NCBI GenBank assembly: GCA_039096225.1
Contig: JBBPEB010000014.1
Location: 1,984,001 to 2,048,000 of the forward strand
Source of the DNA: Blastocystis sp. Blastoise
Taxonomy: Eukaryota; Protista; Bigyra: Opalinata
DNA length: 64,000 nt
Reading direction: 5' to 3'
The translations under genes were made by a program, and so were the position numbers. Below, piece by piece: positions 45,659 through 57,135 of this stretch (positions are counted from its first letter, which is position 1; each line of letters starts with the position of its first letter). The notes under the pieces were generated by a model that worked only from the letters and a program-made list of their open reading frames with translations, had not been told where the DNA came from and searched no databases.

Positions 45659-46519
45659 ATGAATTCATCAGTGGTTAGCGATATTTCATCAACAGATGAA
45701 ACCATTTCTGCTGTTACTTATGATAAAAATAAAACACATGGTAAGAAAAAATTGAAATCACTTCATCGACTAAAACGAAGAACAGTTAAACAAGTCAAAT
45801 CCTTTTTCAAAGGGTTCGAAGACTTGATTAATGGTGGTATTGTAATTTTTTATTATTTTGTAATTATTTTAGGACCGTATAATTATTCCTGTGACATGGA
45901 AGTTGAAGTCTTTTTGAGAAAACTCTGTGTAAAACACCTTGGATATTCTGGATCTTATACATCTTCAAAAAAGAAAATATATGTATGTATTATTTACCTA
46001 TTTAGCTTAAAATCATTACATATTAAGTATTATTTTATATATAGGATGCAGTTAATTTAATTCCTATGGTTTTATCTGACGAAGAACGGACGAATTCTAT
46101 ATATATGTGGGAAAAGAAAAAGGATGCGTATAATTTAAACTTGAATAGCGATTTATTTATAAAAATATCGTCAATTATATGGAATACTTTACATGATGAA
46201 GATGCTGAGTATTTTAATGATCCTTTTCAAGTTCAAATAGTGGTTGCTAACTGTTTCAGAAACAAAAAATACAAAAGCTCGATTCTAAAATTCTTTAGAA
46301 TATCACCAATATCTTTTCCTAATGATGAAGGTGCTCAAAATAATATAGAAACAAATTCATTATTTGTATATATATTTATATTATACTTATTTTATTCTAT
46401 TTCTATAGTCTGCTACTTATACAGCATATCGTATTCTTGATGATTTGTGTAAGGGTTGCAGCGAAAAACTGTCCTTACTGGCTAAGCTTCAAGAAAATTA
46501 TATAAATTATGAATTTTAG
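45659..46519 (+). CDS. Divergently transcribed CACTA accessory protein (TnpA-like role; possible BEN/DUF4806-like domain)
   Basis: Four exons splice in frame: basic N-terminus GKKKLKSLHRLKRR, then AVNLIPMVLSDEE..YMWEKKK..LFIKISSII..QIVVANCFRNKK, ending NYEF* at 46517-46519. Head-to-head with the transposase. Confidence 0.6.
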
Positions 46520-47200
46520 TATGTTTAATACTTTTAATAAATTGATACTCTACATATACAATATATATATATACAGACATATATTTATATATATATTATT
46601 ATGTATTATATCTAATTGTTAAATATTTATAGACCACTTTTATACTTGGTTCTTTGATTTGCTGCCAAGTATTTGTGCTGTATATATATATATTTCATTT
46701 ATTAACTAAAATATATATAGGATGAAAAGTTGTTGTCTGGTTTAATACATTGTTGAATATTATTTTTGTATATATGTATATTTATGTATTATTTCTTTCC
46801 ATTATTCACTATAGTTCTATATATAGTATTCAAACTATGCTAGTTTTTCAATTATTACCATTATCTATGTATGCTATATTATTTGTGTACTATATTATTT
46901 AGAATTCGATTTAAAATTTGTAGATACAAATTTAATTCAAAAATTGCTTTGTTTGTATATATATCATTATATCTTGTTTATTTATTTTAGATGTTTATAA
47001 TTGCTTAGAGTTATTTTTCAGAAATGATTTGGTCTTCATTAGTTGAGAAAACAATTAAACGCTTATTTCTCTACTTATTTTTAAATATTATATGTGTTTT
47101 ATATGTTTTTTAATAAAAAAGTAAATTGTTTTGTTAAATATTAGTAGATTAATAATATTACTGAAAATTTCCTGAATTTAATAGATCGAATATTTAAACC

Positions 47201-47390
47201 GATTTCTATAATTGTAATAATTGCTGTTTCTGCAATTGTGATAATTGGTATTTCCGAAGTTATAATAATTGGTATTTCCGCAATTGTAGTAATTGGTATT
47301 TCCGCAATCGCAATAATTGCCATTTCTGCAATCGCAATAATTGCCATTTTTACAGTTGCAATTTTAACAATTGCGGAAATATTGCCAATT
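47201..47390. repeat. 24-bp subterminal tandem repeats of the CACTA right end
   Basis: Six clear direct units like aattggtatttccgcaattgtagt (47219-47362), a partial upstream unit, and one inverted unit (47367-47390) ~30 bp from the TIR. Confidence 0.9.
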
Positions 47391-48131
47391 CGATGTAGTA
47401 GTGCCAGAAAAACCGTAAATATGCCTACTAGTGAATGAATATTTTATATTATCTTGTTTAAAAAAAGAAATATATTATAAGTATTAAAATCAATTGTGAA
47501 AAGCAATCACGAAACTTTCTTTTGTATTAAATAATATTTAGTTAATTCTGAAAAACGAATTTCTTCTTTTAACTTATTTCAATTCATAAAAAAGAGTGAA
47601 CAGAATATACTAAATTTTCATCTTTAAACGATAATCATCTTCAATTAGTTACTAAAAGAAAAATGTTAGTAAAGAATATCATATTCACAATTAATTCTGT
47701 CTTTTGTGGTTTTATTTTATTTTCATAATGTGTGGTCTTTGTACAGATTTGTAGGGGTCATGCTGAATTTTTTCATTTATTTATAAATAAAACTATAAAA
47801 AAAATAAAATATCTGGAATATTTTACAAAATAATCGTTAAAACCGATTCATTGTGTCAACACTCATTACTGGTCAAACACTACATACCAAGAGTCACTTC
47901 CCCTTCATTTTTTTACTAAAAATACATTAAGGGTATATATAAAACTCGTACCGATTTACGTACAAAAACATGACATATTATTATAAACATTATGAAACAT
48001 AAAACTAGTTTGATACCTATTGAAATCTATTTTATGATCTTTTTCTCATAATATATTTTTTAAAGCAGACATATATATTTATATTTATATTTTTTTCCAT
48101 TCTATTAATTATCTTTTTCATCCAACTAAAA

Positions 48132-49111
48132 ATGTTTTCATTTCAACTATTTATTGTTTTTGCAACAGTGACAATCGATTGTTTTGGGACTTCTCTTATG
48201 ATGGCTGTTATTCCTTTCTTTTCGGAAAAAGTTGGAGGAACAGGATTCGAAATGGGAATGTTCTATACTGCTTATTCTGTTACTCAAATGATAAGTAAGA
48301 ATAACAATTTTTATCATCATATCTTTTTTTCAGGTATATTTTTTATGGGACCCTTATCAGACAAATATGGAAGACGATTCTTTTTATTATTGTCATTATT
48401 CGGATCTTTCACAGGTATTCTGATTACTCATTTAGTCACATTGAGTATATTCCTTTAGGTCCATTATTTCAATCCTTTGCTCCATCAATGCTTGTCATGA
48501 ACATTTTAAGAGCATATACAGGTATTCTAGCTGGTAGTATGACTATCGGTCAAGCTTCAATTGCTGATATGTTTCCACTTGAAAAGCGAGGAAGCTACTT
48601 TAGTTTCCTCCTTGGAATCACTGCTTCAGCCTATATCTTAGGTCCAGTTATTGGAGGGGTTTTAGGAGAAATCTCTCTTCAAATGCCTTTGTATGTTATT
48701 CTAATGTAATAAATATATTTTCTATCTATCTAGTTGGATTTCTTCAATTTGTGCATTTATTGTCTTTATAATAGCTATATTTTGTCTAAAAGAAACGAAT
48801 GCAACAGTTATTAAAAAGACAGAATTAAAAACAAAAAAACATACTCTTCTAAAGAAAACTGGTTTAAGTATATATACTTTATAATATCAACTATATACAT
48901 ATCTATATAGCTATTGAAGAGAATAAACAAGTTGATGAAATTAGAATGGAACTAACCAAACTTAACTCAAAAAGTATGCTTATTTATATAATAATATATA
49001 TATATATATATTATTATAATATAGAAACAAAAGAAGAAAAGAAATCCATGAAAAACGACTGGAATATTCATATGGTATGTTCACTTTTATATATATATAT
49101 ATATTTATATA

Positions 49112-49143
<32 letters not shown>

Positions 49144-50397
49144 CATTTTAGATATTCTGGCTAGTTATTCGATGTATAAATGAATGTATTTGTATTATTC
49201 TCTCCAGTTAGTATTTTTTTATTATCCTTATCTTATATAACAATATACTATAGTTATGGACTTTATATTATCTCCAAACTCAATGCCACATCTATGCATT
49301 ATAGGTATGTATTCTATTCACTCTTTCTTTTTATATATTCTATTCATACTTTCTTTTATATATTCTATTCACTCTTTCTTTTTATATATTCATATGTATG
49401 TAGTCTGACACTCTGTGGTACAGGAATAGCTACAGTCATTGTTCAACTCATTTTCTTCCCTCTTTTCAGAGAAAAACTTCACTTTAGTGTTGGTATGTTA
49501 ACTATATTCTCATAATCTCACTCATATTCCTACATTACTATCATTTATTGCTATAGTATATATTGCAATCGTTGGAGCCATTATTATGCGTATATATATT
49601 CTCTTTATACATTTCTTTATAACCTTTCTCATCATATATATATAGTTGGTGCTACAATACTAGCTACACTTGCCCCTTCTCCCTGGTATGCTGTCTTAGG
49701 AGGATCTTGTATATTCGTCGGATATGCTTTTATTAACCCCATTCCCATTACTGTCCTCTCTGTATATATATTGAATAATTATAACATCTACATTCTATCT
49801 CCTTTCTCATCTTCATAGATTCAAGCACCTCCTGAATGTCAAGGAGAAGTACTCTCAGTTGGTATATATATACATCATTTCTCAATTATTAATTGGTTCT
49901 CTTTCATAGCTACTATTGTATCTCAAGCTGCATATATTATTATTCCTCTTCTTTATGGTTCCTTCTACGATTTCTCTCCCTTCTGGACCATTTCATCCAC
50001 TATTGCCTTTGGTAATTATATCTCATTACTCATTATATTTATCCTTTATATACTCATATTACACCTATATAGCTGGAATAGTGGTCATTCTCTTACTTAT
50101 TTTCTTGTGTGTTCCTGGAAGCCTCACCTGTGCAGACAAAAAAGAAATAAGCAGTATATATATTATATTCATAATGATAATATGATTCATATAGACATTC
50201 AAGAAGAAAAACTTCCTTCAAAATCAGAAAAGACAAAGGAATCGAAAGACTCAACATCTGATTGTAATTCACTTTCTGTTAATACAAATAATGACTCAAT
50301 TATGATATCTACACAATCTAACTCACTTAGTATAAGCTCCATTTCTGATACTTCCATACCTCTCCCTGAACAAGTAATTGTCAACATTTCTTTATAA
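48132..50397 (+). CDS. MFS transporter (TetA/DHA1-like), paralog 1, multi-exon
   Basis: IDCFGTSLMMAVIPF, motif A GPLSDKYGRR, RAYTGILAG..QASIAD..EKRG and motif C ILGPVIGG. Confidence 0.9.
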
Positions 50398-51807
50398 TAT
50401 ATAAACTCTTCTTTATCAATCATCACATACACTTTTATTAACTTATAAATTATTTTCCTAAAATACATTTCAACATATTCTCTTCATCTGCCTATTCTTA
50501 TAGTATAAATAGTATATTATTATAAATAAATTACAATTTACTCCCCATAACATTTTGTTATGATAAATACAAAATATTATATATATTATTATTATTTATT
50601 ATTCTACTATTATTATTATTTTATTCTTATTTTAATTCTATTATTATTTTTATCATTATTATTATCCCAAAAAACTGTTTTTTCTCCATATTTTGTTTTA
50701 CACTTATTATTTTATTTTTAATTTTCTCTAAAATTTTATAATTTATATACATATATATACTACTAGTTAAAGATTAAGGCATCATTGTTTTATTTTTCGT
50801 ATTTGTTTTGTTTAGTTCTTCAATAATAACAACATTTTAGTTATGTTTTTATTCAGTTTTTTGTTACAATTCGATTCACAACACATACAATGAAAAAATG
50901 ATTTTCAATGATCTTATTATTATGTTTGAATCAATAGTATTTATTAATTAAATATATATATGTTTGTAAATAAAACTTATCTAAAATAATGTTGCTATAA
51001 ATAAATATACACCAAATTTTTTCATAACGCTTATCATTAAAATGGAATAATCATAGTAATTATACTATGAATTAATATGATTTATTATTGATTATTTATA
51101 AAACCATCTTGAGTATGAATCTGTTTTTATAAAAATATATCCAACTAGCTTATTTAGCATCTAACGAAAAACAACAAGCTCTATTAGAATTAAAATGAAT
51201 CAAACAAAAAATCTTTCATCTGAAATCTAATTTAAAAAAAAAATGAAATTATGAAAGTTATAGTATCCTTTTTTATAAACAAAAGTGATTCTTTTTATAT
51301 ATCATTCGAGTAACAAATATCAATTCACTATTGATATCAAACTCATATGTCAAAGAAAAAAAATACAAAAAATGAATTTAATTAAAAAAAAATTAATAAT
51401 TATACAATGACAATTGTATGTTGATTGTATACTTTTTTAGTATTCAATTGATTATATTTCGATATTATTATATATATAATGTATAAATTGTTATTGTATA
51501 GAATGTATGTGTTTTTTTGTATTAATTTTCTAAGTATAAAGAAATTGAAAATCAATAATAATTCTTGATTGATATTCTATATTTCTATAAAATATATATA
51601 TATCCTTGTTTATTAAATATAAAACAAACAAAATAATACATTCATATTTTTCATAAGATCTAGATAATTGTCAAATACACGATTTGTTTATGAAAATTTA
51701 CTTTTTTTATCTCCGAAACATATCTGACATCTTTTGTTACTCATGAACAAGTTTTCATATTTAAAGTCTTTGATTTTGAATATATAAAGAAAAAAACATA
51801 CTGCTAC

Positions 51808-52418
51808 AAGAGCGGTTCAAAAGTTGCGAAAAAAAATTGTGATACATTTTATCAAGCATTTATAGGTCAATCGGATATTTATAATCAAATTTAAGGAAAA
51901 CAATATAACGAGAAAGATTAATGTAAATCTTACGAAAAAATAATCAATCTCGAATAGTATCATCAAATTCAAATGATAAAGTCAACTCAATTGATTCATA
52001 TCAAACTCAAATAATAATAGATCAATTGAGATAATTCTAATTAACTGGAAACAAAAAAAAATAACAAGAATGATTAATATAAATCTTATGGAAATATGAT
52101 CAATCTCGAATAGCATTATCAAGCATAAATAATTAAATCAAATCAATCTTTTCATATCAAACTCAAACAATAAATGTTTTTTGGATAAAACGAGTTTGAT
52201 AAAAAAAAGTTTAACATTTGTAGAGCGGTTCAGAAGTTGCGACAAAGTTGTGACAAGTTGCGACAAGTTGCGACACTTTTTAAATATTATTTATAGACCC
52301 AATACTTATTATATTATATATTTAAATATATAATTATAAAGATATTTTCATGATGATTACATAAAGAATTTTTAAATAAATTAAAAATAAGTTTAACACC
52401 CAAAATAAGCGTTTTACA
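51808..52418. mobile_element. Two truncated hAT-family termini stacked upstream of the main hAT
   Basis: AGAGCGGTTCARAAGTTGCGA termini begin at 51808 (first base A instead of T) and 52221. Segment 52221-52418 is a diverged reverse complement of the right end seen at ~54520-54717. A ~156-bp direct duplication lies at ~51925 and ~52081. Confidence 0.8.
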
Positions 52419-53024
52419 TAGAGCGGTTCAAAAGTTGCGACAAATCGAGTTGCGACAAATTTCACAACTTGTCGCAACTTGTCGCAATTTGTCGCAACTT
52501 TTTTTACCCCGAGTATATCGAGAGTACCGCGATTATTTTATTAATTTGGCAACTAAAAAGACTTGTTTAAAAAAAGAATTCAGTGTCGCAATTTGTCACA
52601 ACTTTGTCACAACTTTTCATTTAAACATATATAGACCTATTTTACATTTATATAAAATATGATAATTTATGAAATTCATAGTGGTGAATATAATAAGCAT
52701 CAAGAATTATTTAAATACTTAATTCAAACAAAGAAAAACATTAAAAATACTTTTCAAAAAATCATGAATATTTTTTTTACAGTCAAAAAAATGAAATATT
52801 CACGGGACATTATTAATTTTCAGTCATTTTAAAACGTATAAATAATTGAAAGAAATCATTTCATTTTCATTAATTTATATTTCTATATAAATCGTTCTTC
52901 CAATATAGATTCATTCATCTATTCATAAAGTCTTCTTTAATACTCATTTCTATCAATAAATATATCATTCTAAGAATCAAAAGAAGTATATATATGTATT
53001 CATCATTCTTAATTATCTTTAGAT

Positions 53025-56000
53025 ATGGTTAAAAAAACAATGAAACAATCTAATAATCATAAATTGAAAAGAAAAGAAAAGAAGAAGTCTTCATCTACTA
53101 AGAAAAGTGAGAATGTTAGAACGAGAATCTACAAAATGAATCCAATAAGTCGTTTAACAAAAATAAAATTATCATCAAGTATGAATGAAGAAGAAAAGAA
53201 ATGTTTCATATCAAAGAATAATAATCTTCGTTGTATTTATTGTAATTGTATTGTAGATCATAAAAGATTATCTTCTATTAATAAACATCTCAATACTGAT
53301 ATGCATATTTCTAATATGAATTCATTCATGAAAGAAAAGTCTGCTACTGTACCTTCTGTAAAGAAAACTAATAATATAAAAAATAGAATTATTGAATCTA
53401 ATGTGAATTATATAAGATTTGAAAAATTGATAGAATTATTTTAGAAGAATGTATTCCTATTAATAAATTTAAGAAACCTCAATTTAGAATGAAATTGAAA
53501 AATATATTTGAAATGAATTAGAGCGGTTCAAAAGTTGCGACAAATCGAGTTGCGACAAATTTCACAACTTGTCGCAACTTGTCGCAATTTGTCGCAACTT
53601 TTTAAACCAAGAATAATGGCGAGAGTACCGCGATTATTTTATTAATTTGGCAATTAAAAAAGACTTGTTTATAAAAAGAATTCAGTGTCGCAATTTGTCA
53701 CAACTTTGTCACAACTTTTCATTTAAACATATATTTAATTAATATTTTATATAATAGAATATTTCATTATATGAATTAAGTATCGGCAAATATATATACC
53801 AAATTTCATTTTATAAAAATGAAAATATCATATGAAATGAATTAATGAAAAAATTCAAAATATTTTGAATAATTTTTTTCCAGTCAAAAAATTGATTTAT
53901 TTACGGGATAAAACTATTTTTGACTCATTTTTGAAATTCAATTTTTTAATGACAATTCAAATGAATTTCAATTTTCTTTTCTTCGCATTATTTATCCATT
54001 TTCAATTGAAATCATAGTTTGTATTATTTATAGTATTTGATAATGTGAATGATTTCATTAATACATTGATTTTAAACCATTTTGAACTGAATTTATTTTT
54101 ATCAACTCATTTTATCATCTAATTAAGCATAATATATTTATAATTGACTATTAATTATGATATAGATATATATTTACATCATAATGATTCATTATATGAT
54201 GTTTAATGAAGAATGCTAAAAATTGAATTTTGATGAAATGAAATTATTTGAATATATATGTTATCATTAGGTCATTATTAGCTCATTATGAAGAAATGAA
54301 TCATTTTTAAATATTTTTATACTTAATGAGCTGATTTTATCTTCAATGAAGCTTCTATGACATTCAATTTTTCACTTTTTATATTTAATAACATTATTTT
54401 GATAATATAAAAATAATATAATATTTTAAAAATCGTTAAAAGAATTAAAAAATGATTAAAATAACGATATTTATCTAATGAATTTCACTTATGAATTTCA
54501 AAAATTTCAATTTTTAGTGTTTAAAACGCTTATTTTAGGTATTAAACTTATTTTTAATTTATTTAAAAATTATTTATGTAATCATCATGTAAATATCTTT
54601 ATAATTATATATTTAAATATATAATATAATAAATATATGACTTACAAATGAGATATAAAAAGTGTCGCAACTGTCTTAACTTGTCTTAACTTTTGTCGCA
54701 ACTTTTGAACCGCTCTATCTATGACATGCAATTTTTCACTTTTTATATTTAATAACATTATTCTTATAATATAAAAATAATATAATATTTTAAAAATCGT
54801 TAAAAGATTGTTAAAATGATTAAAATAACGATATTTATATAATAAATTTGACTTTAAAAATTCAATTTTTAGTGTTTAAAACGCTTATTAAGAGTATTAA
54901 ACTCATTTTTAATTCATTGAAAAATTATTTATGTAATCATCATGTAAATCTCTCTATAATTATATATATAAATTTATTATATAATAAATATATGGCTTAC
55001 AAATGAGATATAAAAAGTGTCGCAACTTGTCGCAACTTTGTCGCAACTTTGTCGCAACTTGTCGCAACTTTTTCGCAACTTTTGTCGCAACTTGTCGCAA
55101 CTTTTGTCGCAACTTTTGAACCGCTCTAAAATGAATAATAATAATATGCCATGTTATAATACTATTCAAAAACGAATTATTCCTAAATTATATGATGAAC
55201 GTCTTCAATATGTAAAAATGAGTTTAGATAAATGTCCTCTAGCCGTTCTATGTGATTCTTCTACCTCAGATGCTGGTTCGAATTATTTATCAATAATCGT
55301 AAGAAGATTGAATTCTTTCAATTTGAATGAACCTTTCTACTTAATAAACTTGAAACGAATGGAAAATCAAAAATCGAATAATTATCTTTCTATCATTCAA
55401 GATACATTAGAAGAATGGAACATTAGAAGAAAACAATTCAAATCGTTTCACACAGATAACTGTAATACTATGCGAAATGCTGGTAATAATTATGAATCGA
55501 TTTTTAGTGATGGAATTTATTGTGGATGTTTTATGCATATGATTAATCTAGTAGCTGAAAAACTAAAAGATGGTTTTATTAATACTAAATCATTTATTAA
55601 TCTTATTAATTCATCATTTCGTTTCTTTAGAAAGAAAAATGATTTATGGTTATCCTTTTTAAAGATAAATAATATTCCTTCGTCTTCTTTCTTTTCATAT
55701 GTCGAAACACGATGGATATCTTGGTATAAATCATTAAGATATATTTTGAAACATTTTAAATATTTGAAATCATTCTATGAATATTTAGAAACATTGGATA
55801 TGTTAAGTGAAAAAGATAAAGAAATATTGAATATTCTTGAAAATAATCAATTATCTTCTTCTTTACAAATCGAAATGTCAATTCTCTTGAAGAGTGGAAT
55901 AATGTTTGAAGAAATATTAAAATTATTATCCAATGATAATTTTCAATGTTGTAATGTTTCTAGTTTGATAGATGAGATTGAAGAAGAATTGAAGAATTCA

Positions 56001-56845
56001 AAAGATAATATAATTATGATAGTGAATGAAATATGTGAAGAAAATAATTTATCAAATGTTCAATCTTCATTTATTCAAGAATATAAGAAAAGTATATTAA
56101 TTATTATTATTATTATTTATTTATATTATATAGGTTTTACGAATACATTATTAAAATTGAAAGAAATCAAATTCATGAATAAGAAACAAATGATATTTTA
56201 TAATGAAGTAAAATATTTCAATCCTTTCTTAATGTCTTCTTCATTTCCTTCTTTCACTTTATCTGAATTTTCAAATATTGAGAAGAAAGATTATTTATTA
56301 TGTGTTTCAAAAATGAAAGATTTTATTGATAATGAAAAGAAATAAAATGAATGTTTTCATCAAAATATGATAAGTAAAGAACAAATGATAAAATTATATT
56401 TTCCTCTTCTTAAACAAATTCCTTCTATTTCTAAAATAATTCCTTTCATTCTTCAATTACCTTCTACTACTGTTAGTGTAGAAAGATCTTTCTCTTTTAT
56501 GAATATTCTATTTACAAAGAAGAAATTTGGTTATTCTGTGAAAATTTGTTTAGAGATTTATTTTTCTATATGAATCCACAAATAGATACTATTTCAATTC
56601 AAAATGATTCAATGATTATTGAAGATGAAATAGATACTACAATTAATGATTCTTCAATGACAATTATAGATGATAATGAATCAATAACAAATGAAAGTGA
56701 AAATGAAGAAAAAAATACAAATTTCAATTCAAATAGTGTTTTATCTGATTCACTTGATGATGTTTTTGTCAACTTACTTTTTGATAATTTACTACTTTTA
56801 GTAATTTTTCAGAGATCAATCTTGATTAAATTATTTCTTAATTAA
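53025..56845 (+). pseudogene. hAT transposase (CGGBP-type zinc finger), disrupted
   Basis: Motifs LRCIYCNCIVDHKRLSSINKHLNTDMH, LCDSSTSD, FHTDNCNTM, CFMHMINL, ETRWISWY and PSTTVSVERSFS. Lesions: frameshift at ~53442, insertion 53519-55128, stop at 56343-56345, frameshift at ~56520. Confidence 0.85.
53519..55128 (+). mobile_element. Non-autonomous hAT derivative (1610 bp) inserted in the transposase gene
   Basis: Same TIR as the host element. Perfect 8-bp TSD AAATGAAT at 53511-53518 and 55129-55136. Its left ~215 bp are near-identical to 52419-52632. Removing it restores ...KNIFEMNNNNMPCYNTIQKR. Confidence 0.95.
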
Positions 56846-57135
56846 TTCATAATTTGTATTTTATATGTTTTATTTATGTTTTCATTATTAAAAATTTGTT
56901 TTGTTTATCAAGGAAAAAATGTTTTTAAAAACTATCGCAACTTTGTCGCCACTTTTTCGCAATTTTTGAACCGCTCTAGTTTAGACTTTATCCCATATTC
57001 AGAAGCGACTTAATCAACACAGTATTATATATATTTCACCATCTAAAAACTCTAACAATAGTATTGCTCATAAATTAATTGAATGAATAGTAAAATCGTA
57101 TCTTCAATTAATTAATATATGCGTTATAATAATAA

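Larger units (their letters stand above)
31452..47433. mobile_element. Large CACTA/EnSpm element, ~16.0 kb
   Basis: 12-bp TIR CACTAGTAGGCA at 31452-31463 and its reverse complement at 47422-47433. 3-bp TSD AAT at 31449-31451 and 47434-47436. It encloses a CACTA-type transposase. Subterminal repeats are present at both ends, but their motifs differ. Confidence 0.75.
52419..56978 (+). mobile_element. hAT DNA transposon (formerly autonomous)
   Basis: TIR TAGAGCGGTTCAAAA at 52419 and TTTTGAACCGCTCTA ending at 56978, with TTGTCGCAAC subterminal repeats. The flanking 8-mers (GTTTTACA / GTTTAGAC) do not match fully. Confidence 0.8.

Noticed and set aside
47141-47438. Overlapping ORFs with 8-aa repeats (MAIIAIAE / IIGISAI)
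   Set aside because: Artefacts of the 24-bp subterminal repeats of the CACTA end.
52435-55169. ORFs with LRQ/CRNLSQL repeats, including the first ~38 aa of ORF 55017-56345
   Set aside because: Translations of hAT TTGTCGCAAC subterminal repeats, not protein.
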